Below, in pieces: positions 38,585-48,472 of a DNA stretch of 64,000 nucleotides. Both the position numbers and the translations under genes were made by a program. Below the pieces are notes generated by a model. The model was not told the DNA's origin and made no database searches. It was given only the letters and a program-made list of their open reading frames with translations. Every line of letters begins with the position of its first letter. The first letter of the stretch is position 1. This DNA comes from Myxococcota bacterium (lineage in GTDB: Bacteria > Myxococcota_A > UBA9160 > SZUA-336): contig CBDFGR010000002.1 of NCBI GenBank assembly GCA_965247115.1, positions 320,001-384,000 on the forward strand. Direction: 5' to 3'.

Positions 38585-38640
38585 CGAAGCCACCTTCGGT
38601 CTCGGTCGCGGGATCCAAGCGTCTGGCTCTATCGAAGCGG
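38585..38640 (-). ncRNA. Probable pan RNA motif (cis-regulatory leader of panB)
   Basis: CGCTTGGATCCCGCGACCGAGACCG resembles the pan motif core as recalled; position upstream of terminator and panBC fits. Confidence 0.65.
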
Positions 38641-38680
38641 ACTATGTGAGAGGAAGACTACGGGCGGGGCGAACGGCCTG

Positions 38681-39529
38681 TCAACCGTGCCCGAGAGCGT
38701 CCTCCCGCGACCCGCGCGCGGCCGTGATGGCGTTCGCCAGCGCCACGAACTCGATCCCGGACAGGGTCTCACCCCGACGCATCGGATCGATATCCGAGGC
38801 CCGAAAGGCCGCCCCGTCGCCGTCTACGAGGCCCCGCAGCGCTCGGCGCAGGGTCTTCCTGCGGTACTGGAACGCCCCACGCACCACCTTCCGGAGCGTA
38901 GGCAGATCCTGGATCTCGGGGAGCTGCGGCGCCGGATCGAAGACGAGGAAGGTCGAACGAACGCGAGGTCTCGGGACGAACTCCTCCGGACTCAGGTCGA
39001 GCGCGCGTTCTGCACGGCTGAAGAGCCCCGCCCAAACCGACAGGGTGCCGTACGGACGCTCGCTCGGCCCGGCCAGGACGCGGTCCGCAACCTCGCTCTG
39101 CAGCATGAACGCCCAACGCCGGAACGGATTCCGCGGTCCGAGCAAGGCTCCGAGCAGGCGGCCCGAGATCCGGTACGGCAGGTTCCCCAGCAAGACGCAG
39201 GGCTGGCCCAGCTCTCGGCAGATGCCACCGAGGTCCGCGCGAAGAGCGTCCTGATGGCGAACCTCCACGCTCCCTGGCAGGCGCGCCTCGCCGAGCGCGC
39301 GTACCAGACCCCTGTCGACCTCGAGCGCCACCGTGCGGCGGGCCACGCGCGCAATCGGCCGCGTGAGCTCGCCGAGGCCCGGTCCGATCTCGATGGCGGC
39401 ATCCTCCGCAGTGAGCCCGGAGAGCTCCACGAGCCGCCGCGCCGTAGTCCCGGAGCGCAGGAAGTTCTGGCCGCGGGTCCGAGATGGAGCGAGGTGGTAG
39501 CGGTCCAGGGTGTCCCGTATCGAGGCTAT
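38681..39529 (-). CDS. rsmA: 16S rRNA m6,2A dimethyltransferase, probable ATA start
   Basis: RGQNFL motif lies upstream of the first canonical start; IEIGPGLG, ALEVD, GNLPY, MLQSEVADR, FQYRRKTL. Confidence 0.92.
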   Translation of the reverse strand: MASIRDTLDRYHLAPSRTRGQNFLRSGTTARRLVELSGLTAEDAAIEIGPGLGELTRPIARVARRTVALEVDRGLVRALGEARLPGSVEVRHQDALRADLGGICRELGQPCVLLGNLPYRISGRLLGALLGPRNPFRRWAFMLQSEVADRVLAGPSERPYGTLSVWAGLFSRAERALDLSPEEFVPRPRVRSTFLVFDPAPQLPEIQDLPTLRKVVRGAFQYRRKTLRRALRGLVDGDGAAFRASDIDPMRRGETLSGIEFVALANAITAARGSREDALGHG

Positions 39530-40563
39530 GCCCTGCCCTCCTCGGGCTCGAGCCGGATGCGCGAGAAGGCCTCGAGGCCGAGGTCGGCGCTTTGCCCTTC
39601 CGACAGGAGCCGATCGGCCACGGCCGCGATCATGGCCGCGTTGTCCGTGCAGAGCGGAACCGGGGGGAACGCAAGCCGGAGCCCGAGCTCTCTCTCCAGT
39701 ACCGCCATGCGCTCGCGCAAGCGGCCGTTGGCCGCCAGGCCTCCCACGACGGCCAGCCGGTGCAACCCGGTCGCATCGATCACGCGGCGCGTCTTCTCGA
39801 TCAGTACGTCCACCGCCGCCTCCTGAAACGAGGCGGCCAGGTCGTTGACGACCTGCTCGGGGAGCGCGCCTCCTGCGCTCTGCTCCGCTTTTCCCACTTC
39901 GAGGGCGACGGCGGTCTTGAGGCCGGAGAAGCTCATGTCGAAGCCCGGGTCCCGGAGCATCGGACGGGGAAAGGCATAGACGTCAGGGCGTCCCCCGCGT
40001 GCCCTCAGATCGATCTCACGGCCGCCCGGATACCCGAGCCCAACCCGCTTGGCAACCTTGTCGAAGGCCTCTCCGGCGGCGTCGTCCCGGGTCTGACCAA
40101 GCAGGCGGATCTTCGCCAGGTCACGGACCTCGTAGAGGGCCGTGTGCCCTCCCGACACGACGAGCCCGATGAACGGCGGCGCTAGGGGCGTCGGAGCCAG
40201 CGTGGCGGACGCAAGGTGGCCTTCGATGTGGTGGACCCCGAGTAGCGGCTTCCGCGCCCGGTAGGCGAGCGCCTTGGCAAAGCAGAGCCCCACCAGCAGC
40301 GACCCGATCAAGCCCGGTCCACACGTCGCGCCGATGCCGTCCACCTCCTGGAGGGACACGCCAGCCCGCGCCAGCGCCTCGCCGACGATCGCGTGCACGT
40401 GGCGTACGTGATCGCGGCTCGCGAGCTCTGGCACGACCCCGCCATAGGGGGCGTGGACGTCGTCCTGCCCGCGCACCACCGACGAGAGCACCTCCTTCCC
40501 GCCGCGGACCACGGCCGCAGCGAGGTCGTCACAGGAGGACTCGATGCCGAGAATGAGGGACAC
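39526..40563 (-). CDS. tsaD: tRNA N6-adenosine threonylcarbamoyltransferase
   Basis: ILGIESSCDD, GGVVPELASRDH, HHIEGH, VSGGHT, DDAAGEAFDK, CTDNAAMI. Confidence 0.97.
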   Translation of the reverse strand: MSLILGIESSCDDLAAAVVRGGKEVLSSVVRGQDDVHAPYGGVVPELASRDHVRHVHAIVGEALARAGVSLQEVDGIGATCGPGLIGSLLVGLCFAKALAYRARKPLLGVHHIEGHLASATLAPTPLAPPFIGLVVSGGHTALYEVRDLAKIRLLGQTRDDAAGEAFDKVAKRVGLGYPGGREIDLRARGGRPDVYAFPRPMLRDPGFDMSFSGLKTAVALEVGKAEQSAGGALPEQVVNDLAASFQEAAVDVLIEKTRRVIDATGLHRLAVVGGLAANGRLRERMAVLERELGLRLAFPPVPLCTDNAAMIAAVADRLLSEGQSADLGLEAFSRIRLEPEEGRA

Positions 40564-40570
40564 GGTCGGG

Positions 40571-40924
40571 TTAGACTTCGCGCTTCTCTTGCTCGCTCTT
40601 GCAGTCGATGCAGAGATCGGCGACGGGACGGGCCTGCAGGCGCTTCAGCCCGATGTCCTCGCCGCACGAGATACAGGTTCCGAACGTACCCGCTTCGATC
40701 TTGGCCAGCGAGGCCTCGATCTTCTCGAGTAGGGCGCGCTCGCGCTCGCGCAGTCGCCCCACGAACGCGACGCCGCTCTCCGAGGACGCGCTGTCGATCT
40801 CGTCCGCGAAGTCGTCGGGGTCGAGGTGGACGTCTCCGGTCATCGCCTTTTTGGCATTCGCGACAAGCTTTTCCTTGGTCTTGTTCAAGGATTTGATGAA
40901 CCTTCTCTGGTCGCTCTTTCTCAC
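40571..40924 (-). CDS. dksA: DksA/TraR C4 zinc-finger protein
   Basis: DEIDSA coiled-coil tip; CISCGEDIGLKRLQARP..CIDC. Confidence 0.9.
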   Translation of the reverse strand: MRKSDQRRFIKSLNKTKEKLVANAKKAMTGDVHLDPDDFADEIDSASSESGVAFVGRLRERERALLEKIEASLAKIEAGTFGTCISCGEDIGLKRLQARPVADLCIDCKSEQEKREV

Positions 40925-41730
40925 GGGCCTAGTCTCTCCAACTCCCTCGTTGCCTCGAGCACGCGGTCTGAATCGGGGTGCTCCATGACGATCCGCTGGA
41001 AGACCTGACGCGCCGCAGGCGCGTAGGCCGCGGTCTGTTGGCTCCGGGTTCCGATCTCCAGCAGGGCCCGCCCTTGTCGGTAGAGCGCGTCGGGAACTTT
41101 ATTGCCATTCGGATAGCGCTTGACGACGTCTTCGAAGACCAGCACTGCGCGCTCGTGATCCCCGAGCTTGAAGTGGCACTCTCCCATCCAGAAGAGCGCG
41201 TTGTCAGCGTAGTCAGAGGACGCGTGAGTTTGGAGGAAGCTCTCGAACTGGTCAATAGCGCGTCGATAGTCTCCGGCGCGGTAGAGCCGGAAGGCGTCCT
41301 CGTAGTCACGGATCTCGCTGCTGGCACCTCCAGACGCACTCGTGAGGGGCACGCGAGAGGGTGCGTCCGCCGCCCCGGCGCCGGGCGCGGGTAGGTCCGT
41401 CGCCGCTCCGAGGGGGCTGCCCAGCGAGTCTCGGGGACTGACCGCGGCAGCATCGGCGCCGCGTGGGGTGCGCCGAAGCTCCTGCTCCGCCGCGTGCTGC
41501 ACCGCCTCAATCTCGCCGCGCAGCATCGAGAGCTCGGAACGCAGCCCGGCCACCTCCTCTCCCAGGTCGGCGAGCCGCTCGCTCACTCGAGCGGTCTCGC
41601 CGGGAGGGGGCGCCTCGCGCTTGAGCTCGGCGACGTCGCGCTCGAGCGCCTGAAAGCGTGGGAGCATGCACCCCGACAGGACCAGGACAGCTGCCCAGGC
41701 CGCGACGTGGGGAGGACCGCTAGGCCTCAC
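40921..41730 (-). CDS. cpoB: Tol-Pal system protein YbgF/CpoB
   Basis: Lipobox LSGC, coiled coil, TPR YADNALFWMGE..KVPDALY; follows pal. Confidence 0.9.
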   Translation of the reverse strand: MRPSGPPHVAAWAAVLVLSGCMLPRFQALERDVAELKREAPPPGETARVSERLADLGEEVAGLRSELSMLRGEIEAVQHAAEQELRRTPRGADAAAVSPRDSLGSPLGAATDLPAPGAGAADAPSRVPLTSASGGASSEIRDYEDAFRLYRAGDYRRAIDQFESFLQTHASSDYADNALFWMGECHFKLGDHERAVLVFEDVVKRYPNGNKVPDALYRQGRALLEIGTRSQQTAAYAPAARQVFQRIVMEHPDSDRVLEATRELERLGP

Positions 41731-42233
41731 CGTATGACGAAGTCGTCGCGCCGGTTCTTGGCCCAGGCCACCTCGTTGTTGCCGCGCACCGCCGGGCGCT
41801 CTTCCCCGTAGCTCACGGTGCCGATGCGCGAGGAGTTGACCCCCAGATCCCTCAGGTAGCGCCTGGCGGATTCCGCGCGCCGGTTCCCGAGGGCCAGGTT
41901 GTACTCGGTGCTCCCGCGGCTGTCGCAGTTGCCCTGGACTTCGATGCGAACGCCGGGGTTCTGCTTGAGCATCTCGGCACTCGCGCGCAGCGTGGCCTTG
42001 GCGTCCGGGCGCAGGCTCGAGTCGTCAAACTCGAAGTAAATGGTCTCGATGTCGACGGAAACCTGCGAGCGCGTTGGAGTCGGGGACCCCCGCGTAGGCT
42101 CGGTTCCGCCCTCCTCCCCGAAGCCCCGGCTCGGCTCTGGCTCGGGCTCGGGCTCGGGACTGCGCGAGGCGCAGCCGGCGACCGCCACAGTCAGAATCAC
42201 CACTCCCATCACACCTAGAAGTCTCTTCACCAC
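41727..42233 (-). CDS. pal: Peptidoglycan-associated lipoprotein
   Basis: Lipobox VAGC, IYFEFD, DSRGSTEYNLALGNRRA, SYGEERP, WAKNRR. Confidence 0.95.
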   Translation of the reverse strand: MVKRLLGVMGVVILTVAVAGCASRSPEPEPEPEPSRGFGEEGGTEPTRGSPTPTRSQVSVDIETIYFEFDDSSLRPDAKATLRASAEMLKQNPGVRIEVQGNCDSRGSTEYNLALGNRRAESARRYLRDLGVNSSRIGTVSYGEERPAVRGNNEVAWAKNRRDDFVIR

Positions 42234-42325
42234 CCCGAGTCCTCCTCTGCCGTGTGAAATCGCGTAAGCGCTCGATTTCTAGCGGTATCTGGCAGAAGTT
42301 GCAAACCCCTCTTCGAGTTCCGACC

Positions 42326-43627
42326 TCATCTGGGCCAGCTCGACCACGCGGGATTCGTACAACCACCAAAGCCCTCTGTCAGTCGCACTAGGTTACGCCC
42401 GTCCACGTCAATCCGGTAGAGGTCATAGCGGCCGCGGCGAGTGGAGCTAAAGATGAGCTTTCGGCCATCGGGAGCCCAGGCTGGATCCTCGTCACTGCGC
42501 GGGTGCAGCACGAGCGGCGTGGTGTAGCTGCTCTCCGGATCGATCAGATACAGGTCGAAGCTCGTGCCCGTCCTTGCCATGTAGACGATCCACTCGCCAG
42601 TGGGAGACCAGGCCGGGCTCGCGTTGTAGCTACCCTGATACGTCAGGCGTCTGTCCCGTCCGCTCTGCAGATCCTTGACGTAGATCTGCGGGGAGCCCGA
42701 ACGATCGGAGACAAAGGCGAGCTGTTTGCCGTCGGGTGACCAGGAGGGTGAAGTCTCGATCGACCGACCGTTCGTGAGTCGCTCGAGCACGTTTCCTCCC
42801 GAATCCACGCTGTAGATGTCGGTGTTCCCCGCGAGGTTCATCACGACGGCGAGCGCGCCGTCGCTTGGAGCCCAGACACCTCTGTACTTGTCGTACGGCT
42901 GGTCGAGCAACCTCACTCCCTTCCGCGGTCCACGAAAGATCAGCCAGAGATCCGGTCGTCCGCCTTTGAACGACGTATAAACGAGCGATTTTGTGTCCGG
43001 CGACCAGCCGGGAAACAAGTTGATCGCACCGTTTCCCGTGACCCGACGCTTGTTCGCCCCGTCAGCCTCCATCACGAAGACTTCCTTGTTCCCCTCCGTG
43101 TCGGAAACGAAAGCGATCTGCGTTGAGGACACGCCTCGGCGACCGGTAAAGCGCTCCACGATGTCGTCGGCCAGCGCGCGCGCCAGGAGCGAGACCTGCA
43201 CGGCGTCTCCGTCTTTTCTCGCCTGTTTGCCCTGCAAACGACAGCGTATGGTGTCCCATATTTTCAGATGGGCACGCAGCCGGCCGCGCTCGAGCTCGAG
43301 GCGCCCCTGCACCAGGGCGTCGGCACCGATGCTACGCCAGCTGTCACAGTTCAGCGTCGAGCTCGTGAAGTTCTGGGTCTCGCTCGACTCGAGGAAGGCT
43401 TCCTTTGGCACGACCTTGAGCAGACCCGAGTAGTCCAGGGCGCCGACGAGGGCCTGGTGGAACTGGTCGCGATGGACTGCGACGTCCCCCTCCGCCGCAA
43501 AGCGCTGGACCGCTACCTGATAGTCGCGACCTGCCGAGCCGCGAATGTCGATGTGGACCTCCTCCTGCGCCTGCACGGGTAGAGCGCCAACGAGAGCGAC
43601 GAGCGCGAGGCCGAGCGCGCGCATCAC
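42326..43627 (-). CDS. tolB: Tol-Pal beta-propeller protein
   Basis: TQIAFVS, repeated PxWSPDG, FVSDRSGSPQIY. Confidence 0.93.
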   Translation of the reverse strand: MMRALGLALVALVGALPVQAQEEVHIDIRGSAGRDYQVAVQRFAAEGDVAVHRDQFHQALVGALDYSGLLKVVPKEAFLESSETQNFTSSTLNCDSWRSIGADALVQGRLELERGRLRAHLKIWDTIRCRLQGKQARKDGDAVQVSLLARALADDIVERFTGRRGVSSTQIAFVSDTEGNKEVFVMEADGANKRRVTGNGAINLFPGWSPDTKSLVYTSFKGGRPDLWLIFRGPRKGVRLLDQPYDKYRGVWAPSDGALAVVMNLAGNTDIYSVDSGGNVLERLTNGRSIETSPSWSPDGKQLAFVSDRSGSPQIYVKDLQSGRDRRLTYQGSYNASPAWSPTGEWIVYMARTGTSFDLYLIDPESSYTTPLVLHPRSDEDPAWAPDGRKLIFSSTRRGRYDLYRIDVDGRNLVRLTEGFGGCTNPAWSSWPR

Positions 43628-44289
43628 ACCGACTCCCTTGGATCGAAGGTCAGCGTGAGCGTTAAGGCGCCGCGAGGCGGCACAGGGAAAGGTTGGACCT
43701 TCCAGATGGCGCGCTCTGCGGACTCGTCGAAATGTGCATTGCCGGATGTCTTCACCAGATCGAGGGAGCGCACGCCTCCGCCCGCGTCCACCTCGACCCG
43801 AAAGTGCACGATGAACCGGCCCTGCGTGGAGAACACCCGGGCGCCGGCCCAGTTCGCGTAGAGCAGCGCCTTAATGCGCTTGCGGTACGCAGCCATCTCC
43901 GGGTCAAAGCGACCCGCTCGGGCCTCGGTCGTGGATGCGGGCGTGGGCGTCGTCGGTCCAAGCTTGTCGCGCAGCTGCGCAACGATCTGCTCCGCGCTCA
44001 GTGCCGGCCGCGGCTTTCTGGCAGGGGGCTTCCGGGTCGACCGCGGCCGCTCGGGGATCACGACTTCTTCGACGACCTGACGCGGCTTTTGCCGGGCCGG
44101 CGCCGATGGCGCTGGCTGCGCGACGACCTCGATGAAGATCGGAAGGGGCTCGAGGGGGCGCGCGTCTGAGCGGGGCGACCAGAGCAAGGCCCCTCCCAGA
44201 GCCAGGTGCCCTGCAGCACTCCAGGCCAGCATGCGCCGGAACGCGGTGCTCTCTGCCAGACTTGCGCGGGGGTCGGACGAGTGGCTCAC
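43624..44289 (-). CDS. TolA/TonB-family energy transducer
   Basis: N-terminal TM with SxxxH, Pro-rich linker, TonB-C (SGNAHFDESAERAI); position in tol operon. Confidence 0.85.
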   Translation of the reverse strand: MSHSSDPRASLAESTAFRRMLAWSAAGHLALGGALLWSPRSDARPLEPLPIFIEVVAQPAPSAPARQKPRQVVEEVVIPERPRSTRKPPARKPRPALSAEQIVAQLRDKLGPTTPTPASTTEARAGRFDPEMAAYRKRIKALLYANWAGARVFSTQGRFIVHFRVEVDAGGGVRSLDLVKTSGNAHFDESAERAIWKVQPFPVPPRGALTLTLTFDPRESV

Positions 44290-44708
44290 ACCTCGGGCTC
44301 AGTCACCATGCCGATCCGACTCGCTCCGGCGCGACGTAGGATCGCGAGCGCCTTCGCCACGGTGCCGTAGTCGACCTTCGCGTCGGCGCGCAGGAAGACC
44401 TCCCTGTCCCCGCGGGCCGTGAAGATGCTGTCGAGCTTCGACTCGAGTTCCTTCATCGGCACCTCCGAACGTTGGACGAAGATCTGACCGTCGCGCTTCA
44501 CGCTGACCACGAGTGGCTCGCCGCTGCTCTTCAGGCCCTCCGTCTGCGTCTTCGGCAGCTCGACATCGATGCCCTGCTGGATGAGCGGTGCGGTGATCAT
44601 GAAGATCACGAGCAAGACGAGCATGACGTCGACGAAGGGCGTCACGTTGATCTCCGACATCGCCCGGCGCCGGCGTCTGGGGGCAGCGGGCTCGAAGGGA
44701 GCGCTCAT
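44286..44708 (-). CDS. tolR: TolR
   Basis: MSEINVTPFVDVMLVLLVIFMITAP, LRAD..VDYG. Confidence 0.93.
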   Translation of the reverse strand: MSAPFEPAAPRRRRRAMSEINVTPFVDVMLVLLVIFMITAPLIQQGIDVELPKTQTEGLKSSGEPLVVSVKRDGQIFVQRSEVPMKELESKLDSIFTARGDREVFLRADAKVDYGTVAKALAILRRAGASRIGMVTEPEV

Positions 44709-45349
44709 GCGGCCCTCGCCGCCCGCTCCCGCAGCACCTCGCCGAACTCACTCCGAAACGCATCCAGTCGATCGCCGAGGCGCCCGACGCGTGCACTCGA
44801 GTAGTTGTAGGCGATCACGGCCGGGATCGCCGCGAACAGCCCGACCGCCGTCGCGACCAGAGCCTCGGCGATGCCGGGCGCAACCACCGCAAGGCTTGCG
44901 GAGCCCGTCGCCCCGATGTCTGCGAAGGAGTTCATGATTCCGATCACGGTTCCGAACAGCCCCACGAAGGGCGCGGCACTGCCGGTGGTCGCGAGAAACG
45001 AGAGGCCCCGCTCGAGCCGGTGGGTCTCGTCCGTTTGCACCCAATCCAGACGGCGGATCACGCCGTCGACCCGGCTCGCGGGCGACCGCTCGTCGCTCCT
45101 GGCAAGCTCTTCGAAGCCCACGCGGAAGACCGCGGCGAGCGGACTCCTCGGCCGCTCCCGGGCCACGTCGTAAGCCGCCTCGAGCCGGCCACCGAGATAG
45201 GCCTCGAGAAAGGTCTCCGTGTCCTGGTCCGCGCGCGCTAGCTCGCGGTACTTCAGCAGGATCACGGCCCAGGACGCGATCGACGCCAGGACGAGGGCGA
45301 TCAGCACGACCCTGACGACCAGACTGGCGCCTACGATCAGCTCGAACAT
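44705..45349 (-). CDS. tolQ: TolQ
   Basis: FLATTGSAAPFVGLFGTVIGIM, VAPGIAEALVATAVGLFAAIPA. Confidence 0.93.
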   Translation of the reverse strand: MFELIVGASLVVRVVLIALVLASIASWAVILLKYRELARADQDTETFLEAYLGGRLEAAYDVARERPRSPLAAVFRVGFEELARSDERSPASRVDGVIRRLDWVQTDETHRLERGLSFLATTGSAAPFVGLFGTVIGIMNSFADIGATGSASLAVVAPGIAEALVATAVGLFAAIPAVIAYNYSSARVGRLGDRLDAFRSEFGEVLRERAARAA

Positions 45350-45508
45350 CGGTCTCACTCCGGGGAGGAGTCGGCGGGCCTCGTTCCGAAGCCTGACGAA
45401 GCCGCGGAAGGCTACTCGGCGGCCGTTCTGGCGTCAACGGAGGCAGGGAGGCAGAACTCGGCTAAGATCGGACGCTCCCGACCTCTTGTGACGGGAGAAG
45501 GGGGACCC

Positions 45509-46999
45509 ATGGAGCTCTCGGTTCGGCGCACCGACCCAAGGACTGTCGACTGTGACGCGCTGGTCGTTCCGCTGCTCAAGACGGAGCGCGTACCGCCCAG
45601 CCTGCGAACACTCGACGCCGCAACCGACGGCCTGATCGGCAGCTACCTGGGCTCGGGCGACCTGACCGGCAAAGCAGGAGAGGTGCAGAGCCTGCCGACG
45701 CAAGGCGTGGGGTCGGGCCGTGTGATCTTCGTTGGCCTGGGCTCGGATCGAGAGCTCGACGCCGAGGGCCTGCGGCGTGCGGGCGGGCGCGCGATGAGCG
45801 CCCTCGGGCGCGCAAAGGCAAAGCGGGCCGCGCTCCTGGTCCCCTCGCTTCGGCGGATGGGAGCGGACGCGGTCGGGAAGGCGCTGGCCGAAGGACTCGT
45901 CCTGGGGGCGTATCGCTTCGACAAGTACAAGACCATCGACGAGCCGCAGCCAGTGCTCGAGAGCTGCGAGCTGATCCCTGCCGACGAACGCCAGAGCACG
46001 CCGATGCGCCGGGGAGTGCGCATCGGAGAGGTCGTGGCCACGTCGGCAAACCTCGCGCGCGACCTGTCCAACGAGCCAGGGAGTGTGCACACCCCAGCCT
46101 GGATGGCGGAGCAGGCACGCAAGCTGGCAAAGGAAACGGATCTCCGGGTCAGTGTGCTCGCAGAGGCCGAGTTGAAGAAGGAAAAGATGGGGGCGATCCT
46201 CGCGGTGGGCCGTGGCAGCGCGCACCCTCCTCGGCTGATCGTCCTGGAGTACGGGGCAAAGCGAGCGTCGGCGCGACGCCCCACGATCGCCCTCGTCGGC
46301 AAGGGAATCACGTTTGACACGGGCGGGATCTCCATCAAGCCGGCCGCGGCAATGGACCAGATGAAGCACGACATGTCCGGCGGCGCCGCAGTGCTCGGCG
46401 CGATGCGCGCGATCGCCCTCTTGAAGCTGCCCCTGCGCGTCGTCGGAATCGTGGCGGCCGCGCAGAACATGCCCGACGGCGAGGCGTACCTGCCAGGAGA
46501 CATCGTCACGAGCGCTAGCGGGAAGACGATCGAAGTCCTGAACACCGATGCCGAGGGCCGGGTGGTGCTGGCCGACGCCTTACACTACGCCGCGCGCTAC
46601 CAGCCGAACGCCGTGATCGATCTGGCGACCTTGACCGGCGCGTGCGTGGTCGCACTCGGTAGCGCCTGCTGTGGACTGATGGGGAACGACGACAAGCTCG
46701 TCGCCAAGGTAAGAACAGCAGGCGAGCGCAGCCATGAGCGCGCCTGGCCGCTCCCGCTCTGGGAGGAGCACAAAAAGCAGGTCAAGGGCGCGGTCGGCGA
46801 CGTCAAGAACACTGCGGGGCGTGAGGCGGGATCGAGCACCGCGGGTGCCTTCCTGTCGTACTTCGTCGATGACACACCTTGGGTCCACCTCGACATCGCT
46901 GGCACGGCATGGACGAATAAGGACGAGCCCTATTGCGTCAGAGGGGCCACGGGCTTCGGCGTGCGGCTGGTGGTGGAGCTGCTCCAGAGCTGGAAGTGA
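45509..46999 (+). CDS. pepA: Leucyl aminopeptidase
   Basis: VGKGITFDTGGISIK, MKHDMSG, NTDAEGR, DLATLTGA, HLDIAG. Confidence 0.95.
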   Translation: MELSVRRTDPRTVDCDALVVPLLKTERVPPSLRTLDAATDGLIGSYLGSGDLTGKAGEVQSLPTQGVGSGRVIFVGLGSDRELDAEGLRRAGGRAMSALGRAKAKRAALLVPSLRRMGADAVGKALAEGLVLGAYRFDKYKTIDEPQPVLESCELIPADERQSTPMRRGVRIGEVVATSANLARDLSNEPGSVHTPAWMAEQARKLAKETDLRVSVLAEAELKKEKMGAILAVGRGSAHPPRLIVLEYGAKRASARRPTIALVGKGITFDTGGISIKPAAAMDQMKHDMSGGAAVLGAMRAIALLKLPLRVVGIVAAAQNMPDGEAYLPGDIVTSASGKTIEVLNTDAEGRVVLADALHYAARYQPNAVIDLATLTGACVVALGSACCGLMGNDDKLVAKVRTAGERSHERAWPLPLWEEHKKQVKGAVGDVKNTAGREAGSSTAGAFLSYFVDDTPWVHLDIAGTAWTNKDEPYCVRGATGFGVRLVVELLQSWK

Positions 47000-47100
47000 C
47001 CTGGGCCGGCGATCGAGGGCTTTGACAGCTCGGAGGTCGCCATCTACCATCGCGCCGCGTTTCGGCAGGAGGCTCGAAATTGCATCGAGGAGGAATCGGC

Positions 47101-47454
47101 ATGCGCGTGCTTTTCAGCCTGACTTTCCTTACGGCGATCATTGCGACGCCACCCCTGGCTTACGCTCAGGCCGACTTGGAGAAGGGCAAGGCGCAATACA
47201 ATCTCTACTGCGTCACCTGCCACGGGGAGCTCGGCGATGGTCAGGGTATCGTGGGCAAGACCCTGAACCCGCCACCGCGGGATTTCACCATGGGCGACTT
47301 CAAGTTCGGCGGAAGCGACGAGGAGATATTTCAGGTCATCTCCGACGGCGCAGTCTCCAAGGGAGGATCGCCGCTGATGGCCCCCTGGGGTGCGGTGATC
47401 CCGGAGGCGGATCGCTGGAACATCGTCGCCTACATCCGCAGCTTGAAGAAGTAG
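47101..47454 (+). CDS. Monoheme c-type cytochrome
   Basis: Signal peptide, CVTCH, PPPRDF, MAPW. Confidence 0.9.
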   Translation: MRVLFSLTFLTAIIATPPLAYAQADLEKGKAQYNLYCVTCHGELGDGQGIVGKTLNPPPRDFTMGDFKFGGSDEEIFQVISDGAVSKGGSPLMAPWGAVIPEADRWNIVAYIRSLKK

Positions 47455-47494
47455 TCACTCCGTCACGCGCAACCGGGGGCGCTATCCTCTGGGC

Positions 47495-48463
47495 GTGAAG
47501 CAATCCTCTGACGAGCCGCTGGGCGAAGGACCCGAGGCAGAGGAGCCGGGGACCGAGGTCCTGCCCACTTCTGGATCGACGGGGTCCGAAACGACCGAGC
47601 TGGTCCCGCAGGATGCCCTGGGCCGCTACTTCGCCGAGGTCGGCAAGCACTCGCTCCTGACAGGCGAGGAGGAGCGCGAGCTCGCCACCCTGGTGCACGA
47701 TCACAAGGATCCCGAGGCCGCGGAAAAGCTGGTGCTGTCCAACCTGCGCCTCGTGGTCAAGATCGCGATGGAGTACCGACGGGTCTGGGTGAACCTCCTC
47801 GACCTGATCCAGGAGGGCAACGTCGGGCTGCTCCAGGGCGTGCGGCGCTTCGACCCGTCCCGCGGGGTCAAGCTCTCGTCGTACGCTTCGTACTGGATCC
47901 GCGCCTATATCCTGAAGTACCTGATCGACAACATCCGCATGGTTCGAGTCGGCTCGAGCCGGGCAGAGCGGAAGGTCTTCTTCCGCCTGAACAAGGCGAA
48001 GCGCGAGCTGCAGCGAGCGGGCTTCGAACCGGAGCCGCGGCTCCTGGCCGAGAAGATCGGCGTGAAGGACCACGAGATCGTCGACATGGAGCACCGCCTG
48101 TCGCAGGGAGACCTGTCGCTGGACGCGCCGACGCGCCGGGATGAAGGAGACTCAGCAGCGATGGGTGACTTCATCCCGGCCGAGGGCCCGGCGACGGACG
48201 ACCTCGTTGCCGACGCCGACATGCGTCAGGTGTTTCACGCGCAGGTCGACAGCTTCGAAGAGGGCCTGGACCAGCGCGAGAGCCGGATCCTGCGCGAGCG
48301 CATTCTGGCGGAGGATCCGAAGACTCTTCAGGAGCTCGGCGACGAGTTCGAGCTCACGCGTGAGCGCGTGCGCCAGATCGAGAAGAAGGTCGTCGCTCGG
48401 CTCTCCGACTACCTCCACGACAACCTGCCCGACTTCGAGCTGTGGGCGCCGGATTCCCGCTGA
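47495..48463 (+). CDS. Sigma-32 (RpoH) family sigma factor
   Basis: LVLSNLRLVVKIA, DLIQEGNVGL, RpoH-box-like ERKVFFRL, TLQELGDEFELTRERVRQIE. Confidence 0.9.
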   Translation: MKQSSDEPLGEGPEAEEPGTEVLPTSGSTGSETTELVPQDALGRYFAEVGKHSLLTGEEERELATLVHDHKDPEAAEKLVLSNLRLVVKIAMEYRRVWVNLLDLIQEGNVGLLQGVRRFDPSRGVKLSSYASYWIRAYILKYLIDNIRMVRVGSSRAERKVFFRLNKAKRELQRAGFEPEPRLLAEKIGVKDHEIVDMEHRLSQGDLSLDAPTRRDEGDSAAMGDFIPAEGPATDDLVADADMRQVFHAQVDSFEEGLDQRESRILRERILAEDPKTLQELGDEFELTRERVRQIEKKVVARLSDYLHDNLPDFELWAPDSR

Positions 48464-48472
48464 CGCGAGAGC

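Noticed and set aside
42125..42160. (GGGCTC)n short tandem repeat
   Set aside because: Encodes the PEPEPEP linker of Pal; ordinary
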